Origin: an uncultured delta proteobacterium
Lineage (GTDB): Bacteria > Myxococcota_A > Polyangia > Polyangiales > Polyangiaceae
Assembly: GCA_963763745.1 (NCBI GenBank)
Contig: CAVXQJ010000016.1
Location: 257,029-321,028, forward strand
DNA length: 64,000 nt
Direction of reading: 5' to 3'
The position numbers and the translations under genes were made by a program. Below are positions 49,391 through 60,186 of the stretch, piece by piece. The notes under the pieces are model-generated. The model had not been told where the DNA came from, made no database searches, and worked only from the letters and a program-made list of their open reading frames with translations. Each line of letters starts with the position of its first letter. The stretch's first letter is position 1.

Positions 49391-50118
49391 TGAGGCGCGC
49401 CCTCACGATCTTGCTCGCGGTGCTGCTCGGCCTCGGTCTCGCGGCTTGCAAGAAGAAGGGCAGCGGCGTCGCCACGGCCGACACGACGATCGTCGTGAAG
49501 GACTCGAGCGAAGGGCTTCTCTTCACGTGGGTCGACGACAAGGGCGATTTCCACGTCGAGCAAAAAGTCGCGGACGTTCCGATGATGGGGCGCGACGCGG
49601 TGCGCGTCGTCAATCCGAACAGCGACGAGGGGACGCACGAGGACAAAGTCTTCGTCGCGGATCTGCGCCAAGCGCACCCCGACGGGACGTACAGCGTGTC
49701 GGTGATGTCGAAGCACGACTTCGAGAACATCGCGGAGGCGCGGCGCGAGAAGAAGGGACCGACGCTCGCGACGGCTGCATCGGCGCTCGCGTCCGCGGCC
49801 GCTTCTGCATCGTCAGCGCCGGACACGCGCGCGGATCAGACGGGCGGCGGCGCGGACACCGGTCGCTCGACTGTCATCATCTACGGCGCGGAGTGGTGCG
49901 GCGCGTGCCACGAAGCAGCTGCGTACCTGCGTCGCAAGGGGATCCCCTTCGTCGAGAAGGACATCGAGAAAGATCCGCAAGCCGCGCACGAGATGCAGAG
50001 CAAGCTGAAGATGAACGGCATTCGATCGGGATCGATCCCCGTGATCGACGTGCGCGGAAAAGTGATGGTCGGTTTCAGCCCGACGTCGGTGGACGAAGCG
50101 CTCGGCCACGCAACTTAG
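49390..50118 (+). CDS. Glutaredoxin/thioredoxin-fold lipoprotein
   Basis: ATG overlaps the ABC-F stop (TGATG). MRRALTILLAVLLGLGLAAC lipobox; C-terminal ...IIYGAEWCGACHEAAAYLRRKGIPFVEKDI... with CxxC. Confidence 0.65.
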   Translation: MRRALTILLAVLLGLGLAACKKKGSGVATADTTIVVKDSSEGLLFTWVDDKGDFHVEQKVADVPMMGRDAVRVVNPNSDEGTHEDKVFVADLRQAHPDGTYSVSVMSKHDFENIAEARREKKGPTLATAASALASAAASASSAPDTRADQTGGGADTGRSTVIIYGAEWCGACHEAAAYLRRKGIPFVEKDIEKDPQAAHEMQSKLKMNGIRSGSIPVIDVRGKVMVGFSPTSVDEALGHAT

Positions 50119-51419
50119 TTTTCGAAACGGTAGAGCGCGCCGTCCTTCTGCGAGCCCGCGTAGAGCGCGTCGTCGTAGACGGCGAGCGGGGCCGCGCAGA
50201 AGAAGTCGTCCGCGGCGAAGAGCTTCTTGTCGTCCCAAGTCGCGACGGGCGTCAGCGTTTCTCCATCGAGCGCGAAGAGGGCGCGCTCGGCGAGCACGAC
50301 GAGCCCGTCGCGGAATCGTACGACGTCCGTCGGGCGACCGGCGCTCGTGGGCACGTCAATCGTCTTCCATGTCTTCGCGTCGTGCGTCACGCGGATTCGG
50401 CCACGGCCGTCTTTGTCGATCGTGATCCAATACAGCGCGCCGGTGTCGGCGTACCAGCGAAGCGTCTCCGCGCCGCCTTCGTCCGTCACGCGCCGCGGCT
50501 CGAGCTTCTCGCCGTCGAACACGACGAAGTCGTTCGGCTCGCGTGGATAATATTCTTGGATACCCGCGTAGAGCTTGTCGCGATATCGAACCATGTACGT
50601 GAGTCGCCACACGTCCGATGTCGCGTTTTCGGGATAACCCACGACGTATTCGAAGCGATGCGTCGTCTCGTTCAAGACGTTGAGCGCGCCGGGCGACGAG
50701 CCGTGCCATGCGCGCTCGGTCGGCGGCACCGAGCCCGTCGAGGCCCACGTCTTTCCGCGAAAGCGAATGACGTCGAGATCGTGATACGCGCGCGGGATCA
50801 CGAGCGCGGTCTTCGGTGGTCTGAAATGCGCTTTGCGCGGACGGTCTTCGTCTTTGGTCGGATTCAGCGCTTTGGCGAACGCACCGTGCTCGTCCGAGAC
50901 GAACACGTAGCCCTCCGTGCCTTGATCGACGATGCCGAAACCGTCGTACGGAGGGTCTGCGTCGGCGACCCATAGTTTGCCGTCGAACGCGTGGACGCGA
51001 ATGAAACCTTGTCCCGCGCCGCCGCCGCCCGTGGGCTCGCCGGGTCTGTTCCAGTCGAACGCGACCGAAAACTGATTCGTCGCGTGATCGTATTTCGTGA
51101 TTGTGGCGCCATCGATGCCGAGCGGTTGATACGCGTGCGCGGCGTAGAGCGCGCCATCGAAGACCGTGAGATCGCAAACGCGAGAGAGGCTGAGCCAGGT
51201 GCGGCCGACGCGAGCGAATTTTCCGCTCGTCGGGCGTGTGCCGTGGCCGGGATCCGTGAGGTCGTCGTCGCCGTCGGGATCGAGCTGGGTGGTGGCGGAG
51301 CTGGAGTCGGGGGCGGGGACGGGGACGGAGGCGGAGACGGAGGCGGGCGCGGAGACGGAGACGGGGGCGGGTTTGTCGCACGCGACGAGGAAGGCGAGAA
51401 CGCAGAGGTTGGTGCGCAC
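50115..51419 (-). CDS. Lipoprotein, beta-propeller-like, hypothetical
   Basis: VRTNLCVLAFLVAC lipobox from the GTG at 51419 (the track ORF extends to a TTG at 51470). Low-complexity SVSAPASVSASVPVPAP linker, then beta-rich domain. Confidence 0.55.
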   Translation of the reverse strand: MRTNLCVLAFLVACDKPAPVSVSAPASVSASVPVPAPDSSSATTQLDPDGDDDLTDPGHGTRPTSGKFARVGRTWLSLSRVCDLTVFDGALYAAHAYQPLGIDGATITKYDHATNQFSVAFDWNRPGEPTGGGGAGQGFIRVHAFDGKLWVADADPPYDGFGIVDQGTEGYVFVSDEHGAFAKALNPTKDEDRPRKAHFRPPKTALVIPRAYHDLDVIRFRGKTWASTGSVPPTERAWHGSSPGALNVLNETTHRFEYVVGYPENATSDVWRLTYMVRYRDKLYAGIQEYYPREPNDFVVFDGEKLEPRRVTDEGGAETLRWYADTGALYWITIDKDGRGRIRVTHDAKTWKTIDVPTSAGRPTDVVRFRDGLVVLAERALFALDGETLTPVATWDDKKLFAADDFFCAAPLAVYDDALYAGSQKDGALYRFEN

Positions 51420-51470
51420 GATCGATCTTCGCGGGAGACGAACGAAGTGTGACACGCGTCGACTTGGCAA

Positions 51471-52326
51471 CTATCGTTTCTTCCGGCGGACGACGCGCTC
51501 GTACACATCCCGGCGCGGACGCCCGCTCCACGCGGCGACGCGCTCGGCGATGGTCTTTGCGTGCGCGCCAGCGGCGAGCTCCGCGTCGATGCGCGCGTCG
51601 ATCGCGTCTTCGCCGATCGCCACTTCGCGCGCCGCGGGCTCCCACGCGCCGAGCACGATCGTGATCTCGCCGCGCCAGTCACGGTCAACGGCTTCGCCCC
51701 CGACGCCACCAAGCGCGATGTCGGTCAGCGTTCCGCGGAGAAATTCTTCGTGCACCTTGGTGATTTCGCGCGCGACGCACGCCGCGCGCGTCGGCATCGC
51801 TTCGCACAAGTCGCGCAGCGTCGCCGCCGCGCGTTCGGGCGACTCGTACATCACGACGGGCTCCGCGGTCGCCGCGACGAGCGCGATCGCGCGCGCGCGC
51901 GCCGTCCCATCTCGCGGCATGAAACCGATGAAGCGAAACCCCGAGTCTTCCGCGAGGCCGCTCGCGGTGAGCGCCGCGAGCGCCGCGCTCGCACCCGGAA
52001 TCGGAACGACGCGAATGCGCGCCGCGATCGCCGCGCGCACGAGCTCCGCGCCGGGATCGCTCACGCTCGGCGTGCCCGCGTCCGTCACGAGCGCGACCGT
52101 CTCGCCCGCGATCATCCTTTCGACGAGCTTCGCGTGCGCGCGCTCGGACGAATGCGCGTGGAGCGCGACGAGCGGTTTTCCCGCGATGCCGTGCGCGGCG
52201 AGGAGCTTCGACGTTTGACGCGTGTCCTCCGCCGCGATGACGCTCGCCTCGCGCAGCGTCTCGAGCGCGCGCAGCGTGATGTCCTTCAAGTTCCCAATCG
52301 GCGTCGCGACGATGAACAGCAACGCG

Positions 52327-52334
<8 letters not shown>
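51471..52334 (-). CDS. rsmI: 16S rRNA (cytidine1402-2'-O)-methyltransferase RsmI
   Basis: [45 protein letters not shown]... is the tetrapyrrole-methylase-fold RsmI signature. Confidence 0.9.
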
Positions 52335-53408
<1,074 letters not shown>

Positions 53409-53464
53409 GTGCTCCCGACCCTTTCTAGTTCACCGCATGCTAAGAAGCCAGAGCCAGGCGGAGG

Positions 53465-54493
53465 ATGGAACTCGAGCTTTCCGAAGCGGATTTCGACGCC
53501 TACGCTGCCGAGCGGACGCGCGCGACCACCATGACGGCGCCGCGCGGAGCGCTCAAGCGCAAGCTCGACGCGTGGATCGGCGCAATCGCGGCGGCTCTTT
53601 CGGCGGAAGGAATCGCGCTCGACGCATCGGCGACCGACGAGCACCCGAGCGCGCGCAACGGGCACCGCGTCGAAATGCAGTCTGCGTATTTATTTCGCGC
53701 CGAGGCCGCGCGCCGCGAGATGCAGAGCGTGCTCGGCGTGAGCGCGCCGCGCGAGGAAGTCGATCGACCCGACCTCGGACACGCGCGCCTCGAGGTTCGT
53801 GTCGACGCGAACGCCGCGTCGCTTCTCTTGTGGCTCGGCGGCGATGCGCGCGTCGATCTCGAGCACGCGCACGCGATGCTCTCGCTCGACACGGAAGAGG
53901 TGTTCGCCGCGTGGGAGCCGTTGCCTCTCGCCGTGGGTGTCGAAGCGCGCGCGAGCTTGTCGCCGCGCGCGCGGCTCGCCGTCGATCTCGCGCCGCGCGA
54001 CGCATCGGCGATGGCCAAGCAAGCGATCGAATCCGAGGTTCCGCTCGTGATCGGTTTGCGCGTCCTTCGCGACGAAGCCACGAAGCCGCACGCGCTCGCC
54101 TCTTGGAACGACGCGGCGCTGGCCCTAGGTCGTCTCCTCGACGTGATCGCTTGGTCCCCGGAAGGCGCGGCGTTCGTCGCGGCGCGCATGAGCGAGCGTC
54201 CGTCGCGACGCGCGAAGCGTGGCGTAGTGCGCGCGTCAGCGCCGGTGCCCGAAGAACGTCCGTCGTCTGCAGCGATGAACAAAGTGGCGATCGATCGCGG
54301 CGCGCACGTTCGCGCGCTCGCCGGCCCGTTCGCGGGGCAAGCGGGCGTCGTGCAAGAGCTCGATGGCAAAGGCGGCGCGCGCGTGCTCTTCGGCTTGCTC
54401 GCGGCGCGCGTCGAGCTGCGCGATCTCGTCGTGAAGGGAAAAGAGCGCGGGCGTCCGGTCCTCGCGAGCTCGCATCGGAAGCCCGGCTCGTGA
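53465..54493 (+). CDS. Hypothetical protein with a C-terminal KOW-like domain, translationally coupled to the ABC exporter
   Basis: RBS GGCGGAGG upstream; C-terminus ...IDRGAHVRALAGPFAGQAGVVQELDGKGGARVLFGLLAARVELRDL... is a NusG-type KOW-like motif; N-terminal part unrecognised. Confidence 0.5.
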   Translation: MELELSEADFDAYAAERTRATTMTAPRGALKRKLDAWIGAIAAALSAEGIALDASATDEHPSARNGHRVEMQSAYLFRAEAARREMQSVLGVSAPREEVDRPDLGHARLEVRVDANAASLLLWLGGDARVDLEHAHAMLSLDTEEVFAAWEPLPLAVGVEARASLSPRARLAVDLAPRDASAMAKQAIESEVPLVIGLRVLRDEATKPHALASWNDAALALGRLLDVIAWSPEGAAFVAARMSERPSRRAKRGVVRASAPVPEERPSSAAMNKVAIDRGAHVRALAGPFAGQAGVVQELDGKGGARVLFGLLAARVELRDLVVKGKERGRPVLASSHRKPGS

Positions 54494-56268
54494 TTCGCAC
54501 GGAGGCCACGCTCGGCGGCCACTTCCGCCGTCACTTGCCGTCGTACGTCTTCGGCGCGCTGTTTCTCGCGGGTTTCCAGCTCGCGATGAACCGCGTCGAT
54601 TGGTCATCGAAGTCGGCGATCGACGCGGTGTTCTCCGGGCGCGCCGAAGCCGCGATGCACACGGCCGTCATCATGCTCGGCCTCGCCGTGTTCGCGTTCA
54701 TCACGCGCATCGCGAGCCGCTTCTACGTCTTCAACGCGGGCCGCGACGTCGAATACGATCTCCGCCGCGATCTCCTCGCGAAGCTCCACGAGCTCGGCAG
54801 CGCCTTCTACCGAAAAATGTCCGCCGGCGAGATCATGAGCCGCGCGACGAACGATCTCGGCCAAGTGCGATTGCTCTTCGGCTTCGGCGTGCTCAACGTG
54901 GTCAACGTCGTCTTCGCGTTCGCGAGCGCGCTCCAAGTCATGCTCGCGATCTCGGTGCGCCTCACGCTCGCCGCGTTCGTGATGGTGCCGATCGTCGTTC
55001 TGTCGACGCGCGGGTTCTCGAAACAACTGTTTCTACGCACACGAAAGAACCAAGAGACGCTCGGCAAGCTCGCGGCGCTCGTTCAAGGAAATCTCGCGGG
55101 CGTGCGCGTCGTCAGGAGCTTCGCGCTCGAATCGAGAGAGCTCGAGCGCTTTCGCGCCACGAACGAAGAGTATCTCCAAGCGAGCTTGTCGCTCGCGCGC
55201 TTGCGCGGTTCGATGTTTCCGACGCTCGGCGCGGCGAGCGCGGTCGGCGTTCTCCTCTTCTTTTGGTACGGCGGGCTCTTGCTCCTTCGCGACCAGGCCC
55301 ACGGCGGCATCACCAAGGGCGATTTCTTCGCATTCAATCTCGCGCTCGGGCGCATGACGTGGCCGATCATCGCGCTCGGATTCGCCTTCTCGATTTTGCA
55401 GCGCGGACGCGCCTGTTTCGACCGGCTCAAGGAGATCCTCGACACCGAACCGGAGATCAAGGACGAAGGCGAGCGCGAGCCGAAGGGCACGGCGCTCGAG
55501 GTGCGCGGCCTCTCGTTCTCGTACGGGAAGAACGACATCCTCCGCGATGTCTCGTTCGAGGTGGAAGCGGGGCGGTCCGTGGCGATCGTCGGTCGAACGG
55601 GCGCGGGCAAGTCGACGCTCGCGCAGCTCCTCGTCAGGCTCCTTCCGACTCCGGCGAAATCCGTGTTCGTCGGCGGCGTCGACGTGTGCGACATGCCGCT
55701 CGCCGAGCTTCGTCATCGCCTCGGTTACGCGCAGCAAGACGCATTTCTCTTCTCGACGACGGTCTCTAGAAACATTGGTTTCTCCATCGATGACCCCGAC
55801 GCGCCCGCCGGAATGGAGAAGATTCGCGCGGCGGCTGGCGAAGCGCAGGTGCTTCAAGAGGCGCTCGAGCTCCCCGAGCAATTCGACACGGTCGTCGGCG
55901 AGCGCGGCGTTCAGCTCTCGGGCGGACAACGCCAGCGCATCGCGCTCGCGCGTGCGCTCGCGTGGGAGCCGCCCATCCTTCTCCTCGATGATCCGCTGAG
56001 CGCCGTAGACGCGAAGACCGAAGCCGCGATCCTCGAAGCGATCGAGCGCCAAACCGAGCGCCGCACCGTCGTGCTCATCACGCACCGCGTGGCCGCGGCC
56101 GCGAAATGCGACGAAGTCATCGTGCTCGATCAAGGCCACGTCATCGCGCGTGGAACGCACGACGCGCTCGTGCGCCAAGGCGGTCTCTACGCGACGTTCG
56201 CCGAAGAGCAGCGCGCCGCGCGCGAGCTCGAAGAGCTCGAGCAAGAAGCCGCGGAGGTCGCCGAATGA
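54490..56268 (+). CDS. ABC exporter, fused TMD-NBD half-transporter (MsbA/type-I exporter fold), subunit 1
   Basis: GTG overlaps the upstream stop (GTGA); six TM helices; Walker A GRTGAGKST; signature LSGGQRQR; Walker B LLLDDPLSAVD. Confidence 0.85.
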   Translation: MIRTEATLGGHFRRHLPSYVFGALFLAGFQLAMNRVDWSSKSAIDAVFSGRAEAAMHTAVIMLGLAVFAFITRIASRFYVFNAGRDVEYDLRRDLLAKLHELGSAFYRKMSAGEIMSRATNDLGQVRLLFGFGVLNVVNVVFAFASALQVMLAISVRLTLAAFVMVPIVVLSTRGFSKQLFLRTRKNQETLGKLAALVQGNLAGVRVVRSFALESRELERFRATNEEYLQASLSLARLRGSMFPTLGAASAVGVLLFFWYGGLLLLRDQAHGGITKGDFFAFNLALGRMTWPIIALGFAFSILQRGRACFDRLKEILDTEPEIKDEGEREPKGTALEVRGLSFSYGKNDILRDVSFEVEAGRSVAIVGRTGAGKSTLAQLLVRLLPTPAKSVFVGGVDVCDMPLAELRHRLGYAQQDAFLFSTTVSRNIGFSIDDPDAPAGMEKIRAAAGEAQVLQEALELPEQFDTVVGERGVQLSGGQRQRIALARALAWEPPILLLDDPLSAVDAKTEAAILEAIERQTERRTVVLITHRVAAAAKCDEVIVLDQGHVIARGTHDALVRQGGLYATFAEEQRAARELEELEQEAAEVAE

Positions 56269-58134
56269 CCGCGCAGGCAACGAAGACATCGGCGACCGAG
56301 GCGCGCCTCCGCGCGTTCCACGAAGAAAGCGCGCTCGGCAAAGCGTACGACGCGCGCCTCCTGAAGCGGCTCTGGCCGTTCGTCCAACCGCACGCGCGCC
56401 ACCTCGTCGTGTCTCTCTTGGTGCTGCTCGTCATCGGCGGGCTCAACCTCGTGCGCCCGCTCGTGATGGGCGACGTCGTGCACCACGCGGCCGATCACGA
56501 TCGCGATGGTCTCTTCCGCGACGGCCTCTTGCTCACGGGTCTCGTCTTCTTCGCGCAGGTGCTCGGCTTCGTGCAGATCTACCAAATGCAGATCGCCGGC
56601 GCGCGCGCGATGGCCGACCTGCGCGAGGCGGTGTTTCGATATCTCCAGAGACTCACGCTGCGCTTCTTCGACAAGACGCCCGTCGGGCGACTCGTCACGC
56701 GCGCGACGAACGACGTCGACGCGCTCGGCGAGCTCTTCGCGCAAGGCGTCGCCAACGCGCTCGGCGACGTCGTCTCGCTCGCTGGTTACGTCATCGCGAT
56801 GACGCTTCTCGATTGGCAGATGGCGCTCATCGCCTTCGCGGCCATGCCCATCGTGCTCCTCATCGTCACGTTCGTGCGCAAGCGCTCGCGCGAAGCGTAC
56901 CGCGACATCCGCGCGAAGACGGCGCGCCTCAACGCGTTCTTGGGCGAGCAGGTGAACGGCGTGTCGGTGGTGCAAGCGTACGGTCGCGAACGCGCCGCGC
57001 AGGCCGAGTTCGACGTGATCAACGAGTCCTATCGCGACGCGAACAAACGCTCGATTTATTACGAGGCCGTGCTCGATGCGGCGATCGAAATGGTCGCGAC
57101 GCTGTGCATCGCGAGCGTGCTTTTGTGGGTCGCATTTCACCGTGCGCACATTGGTCATGCGCGCGACGCGGCGGGCGCGTTCGCGCTCGTCGTGACGTTC
57201 ACGCGGTTACATCAAGCAATTCTTCGAGCCGATCAGCTTGCTCTCGCAGCGCTACACGATCTTGCAGAGCGCGATGGCGGGCGCCGAGCGCATCTTCCAA
57301 CTCCTCGACACGGGCGACGTCGAGCGCGACGTGGACGCGAAAGAGTGCGCGGCGGATCGAAAAGACGAAGCGCTCTCGCTCGACGCCGTGACGTTCGAAT
57401 ACAAACCGGGCGTGCCGGTGCTCCGCGACGTGTCGATCACCGCGGCGCCCGGCGAGAAGATCGCGCTCGTCGGCGCGACGGGCTCGGGCAAGACGACCAT
57501 CGCGAGCTTGTTCCTCAGGCTCTACGAAGTGACGAGCGGCGTCGTGCGCGTGTCCGGCCGCGACGTTCGCCTTTTCGATCGTATCGCGCTACGCGAGCAG
57601 TTCGCCGTCGTCCCGCAAGACGTCTACTTGTTCTCCGGCACGCTCCTCACGAACGTCGCGATGGCCGACGCGAAGCCGGACCGCGCGCGCGCGATCGAAT
57701 CGCTCGAGCGCGTCGGCGCGGCGGCGCTGTTCAAACGTCGCGCCGGCGACGAGGAGACTTGGATCGATACGCCCGTCGACGAGCGTGGATCCAATTTCAG
57801 CGCGGGCGAGCGCCAGCTCATCGCGTTCGCGCGCGCGCTTTATCGCGACGCGCCGTACGTGATCCTCGACGAAGCCACGGCGAGCGTCGACTCCGACACC
57901 GAAGCGCGATTGCAGAAGGCGCTCGACGCCGTCCTCGAGAAACGCACCGCGGTGATCATCGCGCACCGGTTGTCGACGATCAAAGCCGCCGACCGCATCG
58001 TCGTCTTGCACAAGGGCGTCGTCGTCGAGCAAGGCACGCACGAATCGCTCCTCGCGCAAGGCGGCTTCTACGCGAAGCTCCATCGCCTGCAGTTCGCGCC
58101 GCAGGAGCTGACGCCCGCGCCTTCACTTGCGTGA
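56265..58134 (+). CDS. ABC exporter TMD-NBD half-transporter, subunit 2, with an apparent 1-nt frameshift near 57206
   Basis: ATG overlaps the upstream stop (ATGA). TMD in one frame to ...AFALVVTFTR; then ...YIKQFFEPISLLSQRYTILQSAMAGAERIF... and the NBD (GATGSGKTT, FSAGERQL, ILDEATASVD) in the next frame. Junction is at CGCGGTTACATC. Confidence 0.8.
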
Positions 58135-58653
58135 GAGCGCGTAGAAGACGTAGCCGAGCGGGATGCGGAGCTTGCCGACCAGGGCGAAACCATAGTTTCC
58201 GTCGAACGCCGGCCGCACCTCGTCGTATCCGCGCACCTGCGCCTCGACGCCGAAGATGCTCCATCCGACCGAGAGGAGACCGCCGAAGTTTCCGCGCCCG
58301 TCGACGAGCGCGCCGAGTTGCGCCCAGAAGCCCCACTCGAAATGCGTGAGCTCGACTTGCGCGCCGTACGTGGCCAGCGAGAGGTTGTTCACTTCGAACG
58401 TCGCGCCGATCGACATCGCGACCGGCCAGCCGACGAACATGATTCCGGAGCGGACGCGCCCGAAGCCGATGCCGCTCGCCTGGTGACCCCAAAAATACCC
58501 GGCGCCACCTTCGAGGTTCAGATCGAGCGTCGTCGCGCGGTAATACCCACCGAGCGATCCGCGATAGCGCGTGTGAACGACGACGTCGTCGGCGTGCGCA
58601 GTCGATGCGGCGACGATCACGGAGAGCGCGAGGACGCGCGCGATCCAGGTCAC
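58123..58653 (-). CDS. Secreted/outer-membrane small beta protein, hypothetical
   Basis: GTG start; VTWIARVLALSVIVAASTAHA signal; Gly/aromatic-rich beta sequence ending ...YVFYALSRK. Upstream track-ORF residues are antisense noise. Confidence 0.5.
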   Translation of the reverse strand: MTWIARVLALSVIVAASTAHADDVVVHTRYRGSLGGYYRATTLDLNLEGGAGYFWGHQASGIGFGRVRSGIMFVGWPVAMSIGATFEVNNLSLATYGAQVELTHFEWGFWAQLGALVDGRGNFGGLLSVGWSIFGVEAQVRGYDEVRPAFDGNYGFALVGKLRIPLGYVFYALSRK

Positions 58654-59027
58654 TTCGAGGCCTTGGGCGCGATCTGCACGAGGAGCTTCATCGCTCCAAT
58701 TGTCTTCATCGGTTTGCCGTCGATCGCGCGCGCGACGCAAGCGCTCGCGGGGTCCATCTTCGCGTCGGCGGGCGCGGAGATTTTTCCGTCCTTCACTGCG
58801 ACATTGAGCGAGCCGAACTTGTCGACGGTGCACGCCTGCGCGCTCGCGAACGCCGTCGCGAGCTCGGGCACCGCGGTTCCTGGAATCTCGTGACCCTTCT
58901 CGGGCGCCACGGCGACCATCCAGCTCGCACCCGCGAGCTCGATCCCGATCGGCTCGCCGAACTCTTCCACGGCCGGCGCAGGCTTCGAGCAACCCACGAC
59001 GATCAAAAGCGCAATCCACGAACGCAT
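58650..59027 (-). CDS. Lipoprotein, hypothetical (125 aa)
   Basis: MRSWIALLIVVGCS lipobox; stop overlaps the next start (GTGA). Confidence 0.5.
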   Translation of the reverse strand: MRSWIALLIVVGCSKPAPAVEEFGEPIGIELAGASWMVAVAPEKGHEIPGTAVPELATAFASAQACTVDKFGSLNVAVKDGKISAPADAKMDPASACVARAIDGKPMKTIGAMKLLVQIAPKASK

Positions 59028-59044
59028 TCTGGTCCTCGAAAATG

Positions 59045-59072
59045 GAGAAAGGGCTGAGGGACGCAAATCCCT
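59045..59072 (-). terminator. Rho-independent terminator hairpin GGGCTGAGGGA-TTTGCG-TCCCTCAGCCC followed by a T-rich tract (minus strand)
   Basis: Perfect 11-bp stem read directly; on the minus strand it is followed by TTTCTCCATTTTCG; 30 nt downstream of the 59105 gene stop. Confidence 0.55.
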
Positions 59073-59104
59073 CAGCCCTCCACCCCACTACTCGATTCAA
59101 CGAA

Positions 59105-59311
59105 TCAGGGCGAGTCAGCGCTCTGACACGAAGCCACGCCGCCGTCCGTCACCTTGCAGACGAAGACCTTGCGGAGCGCACCGAACAGGAAGCTGTCGTT
59201 GCGGGTGATCACGACCTTGCCGTCCGTGGTCGTGGCGATTGCGCCGTACGCGCAACCCGTGAGGGGGGCAAGCGTCGCGAGCGCCAGAACGAGAACGAGA
59301 CCTTTCTTCAT
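59105..59311 (-). CDS. Small (68 aa) lipoprotein, hypothetical
   Basis: MKKGLVLVLALATLAPLTGC lipobox; GGAGG RBS 6 nt upstream of the ATG at 59311. Confidence 0.45.
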   Translation of the reverse strand: MKKGLVLVLALATLAPLTGCAYGAIATTTDGKVVITRNDSFLFGALRKVFVCKVTDGGVASCQSADSP

Positions 59312-59413
59312 TGAAATCCTCCAGTCGAGACCAAAAGCGTGAAACAGCGTTTGGGGCATGCTCATCAAACGCGGCCGAACCGTCAAGTCCAAACCGTTTC
59401 TGTCACGTTTCGG

Positions 59414-60058
59414 TCATCCGAACGGTTCGCTTATCGCGTGCTTGAAGCTCGCAAGTGCCACGAAAAGCTCGTCCACCGCGGCCTGCAAGTCCTCGGGGAG
59501 CGTATCCGCGACGCGATCGAGCTTTCGCTGCTCGACGAGCGTGCGTTCGTAAATCCAGTCGGCCGCGCGGAGGCGATCGCGCAACGCGCACCAATCCGGC
59601 GAGAGCGCGTTCAGATCGCGCGCGAGATCGGAGAGCGTTTCGGTGATGTCGGCGGTCCACATGTGGACGCCCGCGAGGTACGGCTCGAGGAGACCGCCGT
59701 GCGCGAAGAGCTCGCGGTGATCCGCGCTGAGGACGAACCCGCACGTCGCGCGGAGCGCGTTCGAGAGCATCGCAAGCGCGCCGACGCGTTTGCGCAGCGA
59801 GAGCTCCGCCGCGTGCGCCGACGGATCGACCGAGTCGAACGCTTCGCAGATGATCTCGAGCTTCGCGATCGACGAGGCGAGCGCTTCGTCTTCGTGACGC
59901 ACGTGATCTTCGAGCGTCGCCTCTTGTGGGAGCGTCCCGACGAACGACCCCGCGCTGGGCTCCCACGCAGATGCGTCGAGATCGGTTTCGATGTCTTCGT
60001 CGTCGAGCGCGAACATGACGACTTGGTCCGGATCCATTTTCGCGACGTTGAGCTTCAT
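59414..60058 (-). CDS. Acidic cytoplasmic hypothetical protein (214 aa)
   Basis: Intact ORF with high GC3; no signal peptide; no family recognised. Confidence 0.45.
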   Translation of the reverse strand: MKLNVAKMDPDQVVMFALDDEDIETDLDASAWEPSAGSFVGTLPQEATLEDHVRHEDEALASSIAKLEIICEAFDSVDPSAHAAELSLRKRVGALAMLSNALRATCGFVLSADHRELFAHGGLLEPYLAGVHMWTADITETLSDLARDLNALSPDWCALRDRLRAADWIYERTLVEQRKLDRVADTLPEDLQAAVDELFVALASFKHAISEPFG

Positions 60059-60186
60059 GACTTTTTCGTACGCGCGCGCTTCGCAAATCGCAGGTAAATG
60101 GGCATAAAATGCCTGCTGCGGACACGGAATGGTGCGCTGACGCTGAACGTTTTCGATGTGCTAAGAAGAGCGAGACTTTCGTGACA

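Noticed and set aside
51290-51360. Short tandem GTCTCC/GCCTCC-type repeats that looked CRISPR-like or VNTR-like
   Set aside because: They lie inside a coding region and translate to a low-complexity Ser/Val/Ala/Pro linker (SVSAPASVSASVPVPAP) of a lipoprotein. There are no spacer-repeat periodicity and no cas genes.
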